A model generated the notes under the pieces. The model saw nothing but the letters and a program-made list of their open reading frames with translations, ran no database searches and was not told the origin of the DNA. This document shows, piece by piece, positions 26,710 to 36,274 of a DNA stretch of 64,000 nt; the stretch's first letter is position 1, and each line of letters starts with the position of its first letter. Made by a program: the position numbers and the translations under genes. The stretch is from Candidatus Bathyarchaeota archaeon. Its GTDB lineage: Archaea; Thermoproteota; Bathyarchaeia; Bathyarchaeales; DTEX01. The stretch lies in the NCBI GenBank assembly GCA_018396995.1, contig JAGTQB010000008.1, positions 132 to 64,131 on the forward strand, given 5' to 3'.

Positions 26710-28644
26710 TCACTCTTTTCTTAAGCCAAATATGGACGGCGGTTCCCTAACGTTTCTGCCAAGTCTCTTAAGCATGCTAATTGTTTCTGGGTATCTCGAA
26801 AAATCTGCGTATGGTAGAAACTGTGAATTTAAGAATTCCGTCTGAAAGTCTGGTTCGGCGGCAAGCTCAACATATTTAACAGTCTTATGGATCTCCTCAA
26901 CTTTTCTCCTCATCGACTTAGAAACTAAACACATTCTTGCACCAGTTCCAGCAGCGTTACCCACTACATGAACCCTGTTTAGAGGGATCTCTGGGTACAT
27001 GCCTATAATCCTGGCGCTCTCAGGGTTTATGTATGTGCCAAATGCTCCAGCCAGGAAGAGAGCATTTATATCTAATTCCCTGACACCCATTTTGCGCATC
27101 AGTATCATACAGCCGGCATGTATTGCAGCCTTGGCCAACTGAATCTCCCTGATATCCTTCTGGGTGACCGTAATGTCCTTGCCGATGGCAGTCTCATCGC
27201 TCCACGCCACAACAAACTCAAACCCATTTTCAGACAGCCTTAATCTAGGCGACTTAATCTCCCTATTAAATGCTCCAGAGAAATCAATTATCCCAGCCTT
27301 AAGCATCTCCGCAATAGCGTCAATGATCGCTGAGCCACATATCCCGCGAGGTTTAACATCGTCAATAGTCTTATATTCCACTTCAAGGGTTTCCGGATCT
27401 ATTTTGATGTTCTCAATGGCGCCGGTGGCGGCCCTCATACCATACTTTATATGAGCGCCCTCAAAGGCTGGTCCTGAGGCGCATGAAGCAGCCATAAGTA
27501 GCTCCTTATTCCCCAGAATAACCTCAGTATTCGTTCCAATATCTAAAGCCATGCATATATCATCAGCCTCATATAGTTTTGTTGCGAGTATAACTGCAAC
27601 CGCGTCAGCCCCCACGAAACCGCCTATCACTGGAAGCATATGAACATTGCCGTTTGGATTAATTTTGACGCCTACGTCACGGGCCTTAACATTAACGCTC
27701 CCCCTTATAACCGGAGGGTATGGTGCTAAAGCCACATACTTTGGATTTATCCCAAGAAATATATGGTGCATCGCGGTGTTGCCTACAACAGTCATCTCGT
27801 ATATTTCATCCGACCTCACGCCAGTCTTATCCATCAAGCTTTCTAAGATCTTATTAATACCCTCAACAACAGTTTTCTGAAGAGTATTCAGCTCCTTAGC
27901 GCCTTTAGAGGCATAAGTTATTCTTGATATGACGTCTTCGCCATAAGCAGATTGGGGATTCATTAGGGAGTCTACCGCCAAAAGGAGCCCACTATTCAAG
28001 CTAAGTAGGTATCCTGCAATTTTAGTTGTACCAATATCAACAGCGCACCCAAAGATTCTATTGGTCGTATCGCCCGGCTCAACGCTAATTATAAATCTAT
28101 TGTTCCATATAACTACAGTAGCCTTCCAATCAGCCTCCCTTAGGGCTGATGGAAGCTCTTGAAGAACAAATGGCTCGATTACTAAATCATCTAAACCATA
28201 TTTTTCCCTTAAAGTATCCAGCAATCTCTCAACGTCTGATCTAAGATCTAATAGGCTCGGCTTAGGTATCTCAACAAAATATTTTCTAACATAAGGCTCA
28301 AGCTTAACTGGAACCTCTATGCCCTCAACAAGCAGTCTCTGCCTACCTGTGCGGCTCTCCTCAGGTATCCTGACAACCAAGTCGCTTTTCACCAAAACTT
28401 GGCATGCAAGCCTGTAACCCATAGAGATCTCTGTATCAGATAGAAAGTTACGTTCAGCTTCTGTTACCGGGTTTAGGCTTTCCCCTCCAGTCTCAATTAT
28501 CACCCGGCACTTTCCACACCTACCTAGGCCCCCGCAAACAGCTGTTATATCCACACCTACAGCCTTCGCAGCCTCTAGAACCGTCACATTTGGGGGGCAT
28601 TTTACCCGCTTCCCTTCTGGCTGGAAGATAACCTTAAACTCCAA
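26710..28644 (-). CDS. 2Fe-2S ferredoxin plus ASKHA ATPase (DUF4445), RACo/RamA-like reductive activator of corrinoid proteins
   Basis: N-terminal plant-type ferredoxin cluster CGGLGRCGKCRV...C, then an actin-fold ATPase region (AVDIGTTK, ALDIGTNTE). 644 aa. Confidence 0.7.
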   Translation of the reverse strand: MEFKVIFQPEGKRVKCPPNVTVLEAAKAVGVDITAVCGGLGRCGKCRVIIETGGESLNPVTEAERNFLSDTEISMGYRLACQVLVKSDLVVRIPEESRTGRQRLLVEGIEVPVKLEPYVRKYFVEIPKPSLLDLRSDVERLLDTLREKYGLDDLVIEPFVLQELPSALREADWKATVVIWNNRFIISVEPGDTTNRIFGCAVDIGTTKIAGYLLSLNSGLLLAVDSLMNPQSAYGEDVISRITYASKGAKELNTLQKTVVEGINKILESLMDKTGVRSDEIYEMTVVGNTAMHHIFLGINPKYVALAPYPPVIRGSVNVKARDVGVKINPNGNVHMLPVIGGFVGADAVAVILATKLYEADDICMALDIGTNTEVILGNKELLMAASCASGPAFEGAHIKYGMRAATGAIENIKIDPETLEVEYKTIDDVKPRGICGSAIIDAIAEMLKAGIIDFSGAFNREIKSPRLRLSENGFEFVVAWSDETAIGKDITVTQKDIREIQLAKAAIHAGCMILMRKMGVRELDINALFLAGAFGTYINPESARIIGMYPEIPLNRVHVVGNAAGTGARMCLVSKSMRRKVEEIHKTVKYVELAAEPDFQTEFLNSQFLPYADFSRYPETISMLKRLGRNVREPPSIFGLRKE

Positions 28645-28724
28645 TTCTCACCCCCCATTTATATAGGAAACCAACTCGCTCTCGCCAGCACTTACTCTCA
28701 GCCTACTTATAGTTAACCTCTAGG

Positions 28725-29201
28725 CTATGCTTTAAAGAAGAGCCAGCTGTTCTCCCGCCCCTTGAATTTTATTAAGCAGTACCGTCCTTTAAGTTTCTCA
28801 CCACGTATATAAACAATTATTTTCTCATCAGTCCACTCTTCCACATTAAATGTCCCCCTATCCCATATCTCAACAGTCCCAGCACCATATTCCCCTTCGG
28901 GGATAACCCCCTCAAAATTCGCGTACTCGATGGGGTGGTCCTCCGTCTGAATAGCTAGGCGCTTAACATTCTTAACTGTTGGAGGCTCTTTGGGTATGGC
29001 CCAGCTCTTTAGGACACCATCCTTCTCAAGCCTAAGATCATAATGGAGATGACTGGCCGCATGCTTCTGAATGACGTATATTTTTTCATCGTTAGAAGGC
29101 TTCCTCTCAACATGTGTCTCGCCGTGGGGCTCTGGGGTTCTACTGAAATCCCTCTTCCTTAAATATTCATCCAGCGACATTTGAACACCATGACACCCCA
29201 T
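28725..29201 (-). CDS. stand-alone LigD-type 3'-phosphoesterase (PE) domain protein
   Basis: [30 protein letters not shown] and GTVEIWD motifs of the LigD PE domain. The likely start is the MSLDEYL ATG (29180). Confidence 0.8.
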   Translation of the reverse strand: MGCHGVQMSLDEYLRKRDFSRTPEPHGETHVERKPSNDEKIYVIQKHAASHLHYDLRLEKDGVLKSWAIPKEPPTVKNVKRLAIQTEDHPIEYANFEGVIPEGEYGAGTVEIWDRGTFNVEEWTDEKIIVYIRGEKLKGRYCLIKFKGRENSWLFFKA

Positions 29202-29250
29202 TAATATCTTTTGGGCAAGGATAAATAGTTGACTGTTATCTATTTATTTT

Positions 29251-29323
29251 GGGATGATGTGTGGTGACGGCAAGGAGCCTATCTATGAATGGGCGATGAA
29301 TCCTTAACTAACCTCCGCTGACC
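29251..29323 (+). ncRNA. weak candidate C/D box sRNA
   Basis: GGG-ATGATGT (C-like box, 29254-29260) ... CTGA-CC (D box 29318-29321) with GG/CC closing pairs. The upstream context ATTTATTTTGGG is nearly identical to that of the stronger C/D candidate at 45862. The internal C'/D' boxes are degenerate and the spacing is non-canonical. Confidence 0.25.
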
Positions 29324-29427
29324 AAAAATTTGATAATAGAAAGCATATCAACCAATTTAAAAGCCTTTATACTCGCTGATACCATACGACTTTAAGAATA
29401 TATTGGTTCGTCTAACATAGTTAAATT

Positions 29428-29970
29428 TTGGAGGATCTCCTGATGGTGATGGAGGATTTTAACCTCCTTGTCTCCACGTCTAAAGGTAATGAAAGTAATG
29501 CCTGCTCTGAGATATGGTTTCTCCTCGGCGAGCTTGGTGATAGGGAGGCGCTAGTGGATAAGACTGAGGTTGCTGGCCTAATTGTTGCCAAGACTAAGCT
29601 CGATCCATTTAAGGTTATAGAGGGTCTAAGGGGGATTTTGAGGGAGAGGCCTTGGGAGTTCCGATATGTCTTAAAAGTCATTCCGATAGAAAGGGTTGTT
29701 AGGACTAAGATAGATGAGATTAAGAGGGCTGCAGCAAGCCTACACCATAAGATTCAGGAGAATGAGACCTTCCGTGTAACAGTCGAGAAAAGGCACTCAG
29801 AAATATCAAGTAAGGATATAATAGAGGCAGCTGTGGAGAACTTAAATAGGAGAGTAGACCTAAATAATCCGGACAAGATAATTCTCATAGAAGTTTTGGG
29901 GAGGCTTACTGGGGTATCGGTTATAAAGCCAACAGATATATTGTCAATAGTGAAGGAGAAGCCACGTTAA
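29428..29970 (+). CDS. THUMP-domain protein (Tan1-like, about 180 aa)
   Basis: FNLLVSTSKGNESNACSEIW.. N-terminal ferredoxin-like part, then FRVTVEKRHSEISSKDI...IILIEVLGRLTGVSV, the THUMP pattern. Confidence 0.6.
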   Translation: MEDLLMVMEDFNLLVSTSKGNESNACSEIWFLLGELGDREALVDKTEVAGLIVAKTKLDPFKVIEGLRGILRERPWEFRYVLKVIPIERVVRTKIDEIKRAAASLHHKIQENETFRVTVEKRHSEISSKDIIEAAVENLNRRVDLNNPDKIILIEVLGRLTGVSVIKPTDILSIVKEKPR

Positions 29971-29977
29971 GATCTCT

Positions 29978-30535
29978 TTAACGCTGTGTTACCAATAATG
30001 CAGCCCTCTCTATGAGAACGTTCTTTATAGCATCCTTTAAAGAACCCCTCATCGAAGCCTCTAGCTCCGGCTGTGAGATCCTGAAAGCGTTCACTATTGG
30101 TTGAATCTTTTCCTCTGTCAACTCAATTACGCCCTGATCTACCTTCCACCCTAAAGCATTAATAATGGAGCTTAACGCTGATAAAGCTTCCTCGCGTCTC
30201 TCAGCAATAATCACAAGAGCGACGTTACGCGTAATTTCTTTAACTCCTAAAATCTCAATCGCCCTTTTAATCTGATCCTGCCCAGAAGCGAAGAGAAGAA
30301 CCTCCATTGGCAGGCTCCTCGATATATTATACCCGGCCTTGAAAGCTTTAAGTGCATTTAAAACAGCAAAGAATATATGCTCAAAGCCAGCCACGTAGTC
30401 TGCATCTAATATTTGGGTGTGGCAGTTTCCCGAATTGACTCTGATTATATTGAGAATTTTATCTATGTTATCGATTTTAACGTCTTTAAAGCCCTCTACA
30501 ACTACATGCTTGCCAAGAACCTCCGCCTCTATCAC
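29978..30535 (-). CDS. cgi121: KEOPS complex subunit Cgi121
   Basis: QILDADYVAGFEHIFFAVLNALKAF..G.NISRSLPMEVLLFASGQDQIKRAIEILG matches the Cgi121 core. Confidence 0.7.
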   Translation of the reverse strand: MIEAEVLGKHVVVEGFKDVKIDNIDKILNIIRVNSGNCHTQILDADYVAGFEHIFFAVLNALKAFKAGYNISRSLPMEVLLFASGQDQIKRAIEILGVKEITRNVALVIIAERREEALSALSSIINALGWKVDQGVIELTEEKIQPIVNAFRISQPELEASMRGSLKDAIKNVLIERAALLVTQR

Positions 30536-31131
30536 CGTATCTCCTCCAGAACTTCAGTTATAAACCTCTCTAGTAGACGCTGATCCATTCCACCTTTAAT
30601 CAGCTTCCCCTTAACCTCATCAATGGGTATCCCATTACGCATGCATTTCGCAACGAGATTTCTAACAGTTTCTTTGCGCTCCCATGGGAAGACTATCCAA
30701 CGCTCCGTGACCCTCACGTAATAGTCCGGGACAATTATACTCCAAGGCTTATAGTAAATCGTTGCAATCTTAATGCTCTTTGCGCCAGCCTCAGCAACAT
30801 GATCCCTAACAACCCTTAAGCTCTTTCCAGTATCCGCCACATCATCCATGATGAGCACATTCTTTCCCTTAACTGGCAGAGATATAGGTTGAGTTATAAC
30901 TGGTTCGCTTTTAGTCTCAGCTACACCACGATAGAATTCCACGCGAACATTAGCTAACTCAATATTTCCTAGAAGGTCTGACATAACTCTTGCCGGAGGC
31001 CATCCACCACGTGAAACTCCGACGATGACTTCTGGATTAAATAAGTCTCTCCTTATCATGTCAGCTAGAGATAGTAGCATTTCATAGATCTCATCCCATG
31101 ATGGAACCTCAAACTCAATATTCAGAGTCAT
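30532..31131 (-). CDS. purine phosphoribosyltransferase (hypoxanthine/guanine type)
   Basis: PRPP-binding loop VLIMDDVADTGKSL. Confidence 0.8.
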   Translation of the reverse strand: MTLNIEFEVPSWDEIYEMLLSLADMIRRDLFNPEVIVGVSRGGWPPARVMSDLLGNIELANVRVEFYRGVAETKSEPVITQPISLPVKGKNVLIMDDVADTGKSLRVVRDHVAEAGAKSIKIATIYYKPWSIIVPDYYVRVTERWIVFPWERKETVRNLVAKCMRNGIPIDEVKGKLIKGGMDQRLLERFITEVLEEIR

Positions 31132-31213
31132 TAACCCACCAAAACATTCTATGATAAAAACACTAATTTAAAAGAAATTATATGTGGGATATCTCTTATA
31201 TCCTTAAAGAGAG

Positions 31214-32200
31214 CTACATTAGCTCCAAGAGGGCCTTTAATCTCTTTATTATATTTGGGTGTGTTGAAAAGAGCTCCGCTATTTGCTCAGCGAAAGTTAC
31301 TCTTTGCTTCAGATACTTAGCTAATAATTCACTCTCAGTTCTGGTAAAGTTGTATTTTGAGAGATAATCTAAGTCATTTATGGCGCTATCCGGGTCGGCA
31401 ATAAATAAAGCCTTAAAGGAGCTCAAACTTCCTAAATTAGCGTAGCGCACCCGCACTCTTGCGGTAGACTCCACTATTTTTACCAAGCCAAGCGCGAGTT
31501 TTTTAGCTCCCCCTGGCACAACTGAAACACTATGTCTATCAGCATAATATTCCCTTAACCTACTGAGGTATAGTGTAAATAGGGTTAGAATCCAGTATAC
31601 TATTATGCTTAGAAAGCCGATGAGCACAAGTAGGCCACCATTACCGCGCTTTTCTCCTCTACCACTATAATACATTGATGACCATATAAGTGAGTAGCCA
31701 ATATAGTAGAATATTGCTGGTAACAGGGATGCAAACATCATTATTTGAACATCGCGGTGCTTTAGGTGCCCAACCTCATGACCTATAACAGCCTCAATTT
31801 CATCAAGATTCAAAGTGTTGAGTAAACCAGAGGTAATCGCCACCCTATTGCCAGTTAATGGTGAGCCGTATGCAAATGCATTAGGTATCGGGATCTCAGC
31901 AATCCTTAACTCCGGAGTCTTTATCCCACTTTTAGCAGCAACCCTCTCAAGAATCTCGTATAATTCAGGTCTCTCACTCTTTGAAATCTTTCTAGTCCTA
32001 TATATTGCATCGATTATATACGGTGCTATAAGCCACTGGAGGAGGTTCACTAGAATTATAGTGGCTCCTATAATTATGAGACTAGCTCCAAGATATGAGA
32101 GTATTATGGCTATAACGAGTGTGGATATGCCTATTATCAAGGCTAATGTTGCAAGCATTGCAAGCTTTAGTTTTAGTGTGCTAGGCAACAGGTTCACCAA
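31214..32200 (-). CDS. htpX: M48 zinc metalloprotease HtpX homolog
   Basis: HEVGHLKHRD zinc motif, multiple TM helices, and C-terminal STHPNIIKRLKAL. Confidence 0.85.
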   Translation of the reverse strand: MVNLLPSTLKLKLAMLATLALIIGISTLVIAIILSYLGASLIIIGATIILVNLLQWLIAPYIIDAIYRTRKISKSERPELYEILERVAAKSGIKTPELRIAEIPIPNAFAYGSPLTGNRVAITSGLLNTLNLDEIEAVIGHEVGHLKHRDVQIMMFASLLPAIFYYIGYSLIWSSMYYSGRGEKRGNGGLLVLIGFLSIIVYWILTLFTLYLSRLREYYADRHSVSVVPGGAKKLALGLVKIVESTARVRVRYANLGSLSSFKALFIADPDSAINDLDYLSKYNFTRTESELLAKYLKQRVTFAEQIAELFSTHPNIIKRLKALLELM

Positions 32201-32252
32201 AAAGAGAAGAACCTAATGGGGTATATATTCTTTATTTCCCTATCCAGAAAAA

Positions 32253-33365
32253 TTAGGTCAGTTTGCTGGACCCGAACAGATAGTTTTTGGCTTCCATCTC
32301 CACGTTAACGCTTAGGGTGTCTATTATCTCTTCAACTTTTTCATAAACTAATCTCCTTAACTTTTCTGAAACATACCCCATTCTTACGTAGTCGTCAAGC
32401 TTCTCAAAATCTATCTTCTGAACTCTTCCATCCGGCCACATACAGATGTCAGCCTCAAGATCTATATACCTTATCTTCATCGGGTACAGCTCTATTGGAG
32501 TACTGATGTTTATGTACGTGCCTTTGTACTCTCCACCCTTTGAGAAATATGATGTCTTAAGGAACCAATCGCCGATCCTAAGCGTCGTAACTGCATAATC
32601 TCCAGGCTCTTTTAAGACATTAAGCCCATCATAAACCCCATGAGAAGAAAAAGTTCTTATAAGTGTCATTCGTTGTTCCCTCTCATTAAATTCCGCCACG
32701 CGCGCCTCACCAAGATTGAATATTCTACCGCTAATTTTCACGTGTTCTATGCATATCTTCGAGGTCTCTGAAGGGTATTCACGTATTACACATTCCCTTA
32801 GGAGCTCCTCAGCCTCCTTATGGGAATAACCCTTTTCAATAAGCTTTTCAGCCATCTCAAGCATCCCCGCAACCTTCCCGCCGCAAGCCTTGTAATAATG
32901 GTGCCCACTTATGGTTGGAGTAACAGCGCTCCTAATTTCATCGAGCTTCCTCTTTGAAAGGGCGGGGAACTCAACATCGATGCGTATCCTTACGTCCGGT
33001 GACGCAGATATAACCTCCATTATAGTCTCATATAAGATTCTATTTTGCCCCAATTGAGTATCCTCACCAGCCAATTGTGCCGCCTTATAGACTTGAATAT
33101 GGCGCCTAATCACCACGTCGTCCAGTAAACTCAATAGTGTTGATGCAAGCTTATTTGCTGCATCCGCGCGGCCAACAATATTAACGCCCTGTTTATCGAG
33201 CCTATCAAATACTTCGATGTCTGGTTGATTGTAATCCTCAGGAGTTTCTTGAAGATTAAATCTAGTCCTTGTTACTTCTGAGGGTTGAACTATTCTAAAG
33301 CCGTTGTCAAGCAATATTTTTGTTAACGCTGTGGAATATATTCCCCTAACCTTAGCTCTAAACAT
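32253..33365 (-). CDS. FAU-1 / RNase E-G-like RNA-binding protein (DUF402-containing)
   Basis: The N-terminus MFRAKVRGIYSTALTKILLDNGFRIVQPS is typical of archaeal FAU-1. The start was chosen at the internal ATG (33365), which removes the overlap with rtcA; the track ORF extends to 33398. Confidence 0.65.
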   Translation of the reverse strand: MFRAKVRGIYSTALTKILLDNGFRIVQPSEVTRTRFNLQETPEDYNQPDIEVFDRLDKQGVNIVGRADAANKLASTLLSLLDDVVIRRHIQVYKAAQLAGEDTQLGQNRILYETIMEVISASPDVRIRIDVEFPALSKRKLDEIRSAVTPTISGHHYYKACGGKVAGMLEMAEKLIEKGYSHKEAEELLRECVIREYPSETSKICIEHVKISGRIFNLGEARVAEFNEREQRMTLIRTFSSHGVYDGLNVLKEPGDYAVTTLRIGDWFLKTSYFSKGGEYKGTYINISTPIELYPMKIRYIDLEADICMWPDGRVQKIDFEKLDDYVRMGYVSEKLRRLVYEKVEEIIDTLSVNVEMEAKNYLFGSSKLT

Positions 33366-33369
33366 TACG

Positions 33370-34419
33370 CTAGACAATCCGTAACCCCCTCTTCTCAACC
33401 CTATAAAGGCCGTCTATCTTCCTAATATCGAACTTAACGCCAAGCATCTCTTCAGCAAGCCATATATTTGACTCAAGATGATCGGTGATCATTCTAGTCA
33501 GGTAAACAGACTCATCATTAGCTAAAGCCATATATGGGATCAGCATGTCAGCCATATGCACGTCAACAGTTGCCCTAGCATCAATCTCCTCAAGAAGCCC
33601 CTTAGCGGCCTCCTGAGCGACAGCCTCGCTACTTTTTCCAAGCTCGCCTATTGAGTCACTCCCTAGAATCGCCCCACTACTAGTCTCAGCCCAGAGAACG
33701 AGCGAGCTACCCTTCTGTAAGGGATTCGAGAAATCATTTATTATGTGGATTTTTGGGTCTAGGCCCCTAGCCCTCAATATTTTCTCAGCCTCCTTAGCCT
33801 GTCTCTCAGCCACCCTCCTGTCCGCTAGGAAGGTGCAGAGGGAGATCCCCTTAACAGACTTTACCTCACCAAACTCCTCCAACCTTATGGGCTTAAGCTC
33901 CTTAGATGGCTTTACCCTCAATACGACTTCTCCCATACCCTTAGGGTAGTAACCATACCTCTTAACCTCGATCTCCGCCTTAACCCCCATCCTCTCAAGA
34001 ACCCTTAGAAAAACATTCGCTAAATAGTTTATCGTCGGAGAATTTTTAACATCAGTCCCGCCCTTAGAGATCTTTAGTGTAACAGTCTCCTTAGCGAAGA
34101 TGCATATCGGCAGGACTGTCATTATTAACATAGGTATGCTGCCAGCCGTCCCTATTTCAGCGTATATTTCGCCACCACTTATCTTCCCGGGCTTAAACCA
34201 GAGTTCTTGAGAGCCAAGGTAAGCGCCCTTAACTTCAGCATTGCAAATTTTAGCGGCTGTAATGACTGATTCTAAGTGCTGAGGTCTTAAACCCGGTTCG
34301 CTCCGCTTCTTCCTAATATTATATATGTGCAGCGGCTCTCCTAGAATGCTGGCAAAAGCGAGGGATAGACGTAAGATTGTTCCGCTGCCACTCTTTTGTC
34401 CACCATCAACCTCAAGCAT
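33370..34419 (-). CDS. rtcA: RNA 3'-terminal phosphate cyclase
   Basis: DGGQKSGSGTILRLSLAFASILGEPLHIYNIRKKRSEPGLRPQHL matches the RtcA N-terminal signature, including the His of the adenylylation region. 349 aa. Confidence 0.85.
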   Translation of the reverse strand: MLEVDGGQKSGSGTILRLSLAFASILGEPLHIYNIRKKRSEPGLRPQHLESVITAAKICNAEVKGAYLGSQELWFKPGKISGGEIYAEIGTAGSIPMLIMTVLPICIFAKETVTLKISKGGTDVKNSPTINYLANVFLRVLERMGVKAEIEVKRYGYYPKGMGEVVLRVKPSKELKPIRLEEFGEVKSVKGISLCTFLADRRVAERQAKEAEKILRARGLDPKIHIINDFSNPLQKGSSLVLWAETSSGAILGSDSIGELGKSSEAVAQEAAKGLLEEIDARATVDVHMADMLIPYMALANDESVYLTRMITDHLESNIWLAEEMLGVKFDIRKIDGLYRVEKRGLRIV

Positions 34420-34667
34420 TGCAAAGCCCTTCCACTAAAAAGAGGGATTTTCAAAGTAAAAAGAAATTGTTTAAGGGAAATAAATTTAACCTTAGCCAAC
34501 CACTTTAGGTCACACTGATAAATAAGCGGGCTGAAGGCATTCAAGCGAGGGGAAGAAGAGAAAGCTGCTTTAAAAGGCTAAGAGAATAATTAATATGTGT
34601 GGTTACATATAGGAAGCTTAGAGGAATCATCAATTTAACTAACGTGTTCTGGAGGCGACATTAATAT

Positions 34668-35051
34668 ATGGATGAAGGCGACATTAAGGACCTTTTAAGG
34701 CGCTTAGATGACATATCAAGGGTTTTAAAGGTTATTTCTGATGATCTCTCAGAGATAATAAAGATTCTCAGAAACTACATTGAACCCAAAGTTAATGAGA
34801 GGCAACTCGCACCTAAGCCGAATGTAGGTCGGCCTAAAAAGATTAGGGTAATTGATGATGTTCAAAGGGCTTTCCCTAAAGATTTATTGGGTCTTCTTCT
34901 CTTTGATGTAACCGATGAATATATAATAGTTAAGCCTAAACAGTATCTTGGATCGGAGAATTTTGCTAGAATAGCCTCAATAGTGCGTGAACAATTTGGC
35001 GGGGAATACGTCAGCCAAGGAAAGGAGTCCCATTTTAGGATACCAAGATAA
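34668..35051 (+). CDS. hypothetical protein (N-terminal coiled coil, basic linker, small C-terminal alpha/beta domain)
   Basis: 127-aa ORF with protein-like composition. I recognise no family. Confidence 0.5.
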   Translation: MDEGDIKDLLRRLDDISRVLKVISDDLSEIIKILRNYIEPKVNERQLAPKPNVGRPKKIRVIDDVQRAFPKDLLGLLLFDVTDEYIIVKPKQYLGSENFARIASIVREQFGGEYVSQGKESHFRIPR

Positions 35052-35090
35052 AAGGGGAAGTCCACTCATTTTTACTTCTCTTGCTTTGCT

Positions 35091-35465
35091 CTAGATATAG
35101 AAGGCTTCGCCTGGTTCTCTTCTAACTCTCTCTTCAGCCTCTCTTCTAGCCTCAATACTTATGCTACTCTTTCTGGCACCCTGCTTTGTAACTTCAATAT
35201 CATATTTTATGAACTCCTGCACGAACTCCGCTAATCTCCTATTCATCTCAGTTAACTCCTCTTTGGTGAAAGCCACCATTATGTCTGGATTATTTACCCA
35301 GTTCATCCAGCCAAGTAGGCTCCTATGAAGCGCCATCAAGATGAAGCGCATCGACTGAACCAGTTCAAGTCTATCCATATCTTTCCTTTCAACCAGCCTT
35401 CTTATCTGCTCAAGAGCTCTCTCAGACGCCTGTATCCAGCTCTCACTCACTATATCCCACCCCAT
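35091..35465 (-). CDS. hypothetical helical protein
   Basis: 124-aa ORF, helical with Trp-rich segments (LLGWMNWVNNPD). No family is recognised with confidence. Confidence 0.5.
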   Translation of the reverse strand: MGWDIVSESWIQASERALEQIRRLVERKDMDRLELVQSMRFILMALHRSLLGWMNWVNNPDIMVAFTKEELTEMNRRLAEFVQEFIKYDIEVTKQGARKSSISIEARREAEERVRREPGEAFYI

Positions 35466-35575
35466 TAATCCACCAACTTACCACTGTTGACAAGCAATAA
35501 AAGTGAAACAAGGTTAATATCTCTTTTGGTTACGATGTAGAAATACTTAAAGAAGTAAGTTAGGTATTACTTATT

Positions 35576-35851
35576 TTAATATATAACCCTGAAATCTTTA
35601 AATTCACCAGTTGGCTCCTCCCACACAACCTCGACGTTCTTAACTTTAGCTCCTGGAGGACCCATCCTGCAGAAGTCTATCATCGCCTCAACAGCTTCTT
35701 TCTCACCCTCAAAGACTGCCTCTACCCGACCATCCGGTAAATTACGGACCCATCCAGTAACATTGTTCCGTATGGCCCTTAACTTGGTCTCATGTCTAAA
35801 GAAGACTCCCTGAACCCTGCCGCTCACGAAGACGTGCGCCCTAACCCTCAT
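35576..35851 (-). CDS. acyP: acylphosphatase
   Basis: [11 protein letters not shown] and [12 protein letters not shown] signatures. 91 aa. Confidence 0.9.
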   Translation of the reverse strand: MRVRAHVFVSGRVQGVFFRHETKLRAIRNNVTGWVRNLPDGRVEAVFEGEKEAVEAMIDFCRMGPPGAKVKNVEVVWEEPTGEFKDFRVIY

Positions 35852-35894
35852 CTAAACCCCCTTTCATGGGGCTTTTTGGCTCATCTATTATTGG

Positions 35895-36227
35895 TTAAAT
35901 CTCCCTAAACTTTATGGTTTGATTAGAAAGTTCAACCTCATACACGCGGTTAACATCAAAGTTTACTCCGAGTTCTTCATACTCCCGCTCAGTTAGAAAC
36001 AGAATTATCTTTGGCATGGTTATCTGCGATTGTATACTGAATAACGGTATCTGCTGCTGTATAACCCTGAGCATATCTTGAACTATCCTTGCCTCCTCGC
36101 TTTCAGGCCTAATAATAAACCTTGGTGCACTCTCCTCCTGAACAAGCTCTATGCGTTTACCAAGATTACCCTCCAAATCTCTATATGATTCTATCCTATG
36201 GACCCTAACCCTCATAACATGCACCAA
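35895..36227 (-). CDS. hypothetical protein
   Basis: 110-aa ORF lying between guaA-type and acyP genes on the same strand. No family recognised. Confidence 0.45.
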   Translation of the reverse strand: MVHVMRVRVHRIESYRDLEGNLGKRIELVQEESAPRFIIRPESEEARIVQDMLRVIQQQIPLFSIQSQITMPKIILFLTEREYEELGVNFDVNRVYEVELSNQTIKFREI

Positions 36228-36274
36228 AGTTAGTAGTATTCTATACGACTATAAAAAGGTAGTTAGGGGCAATA

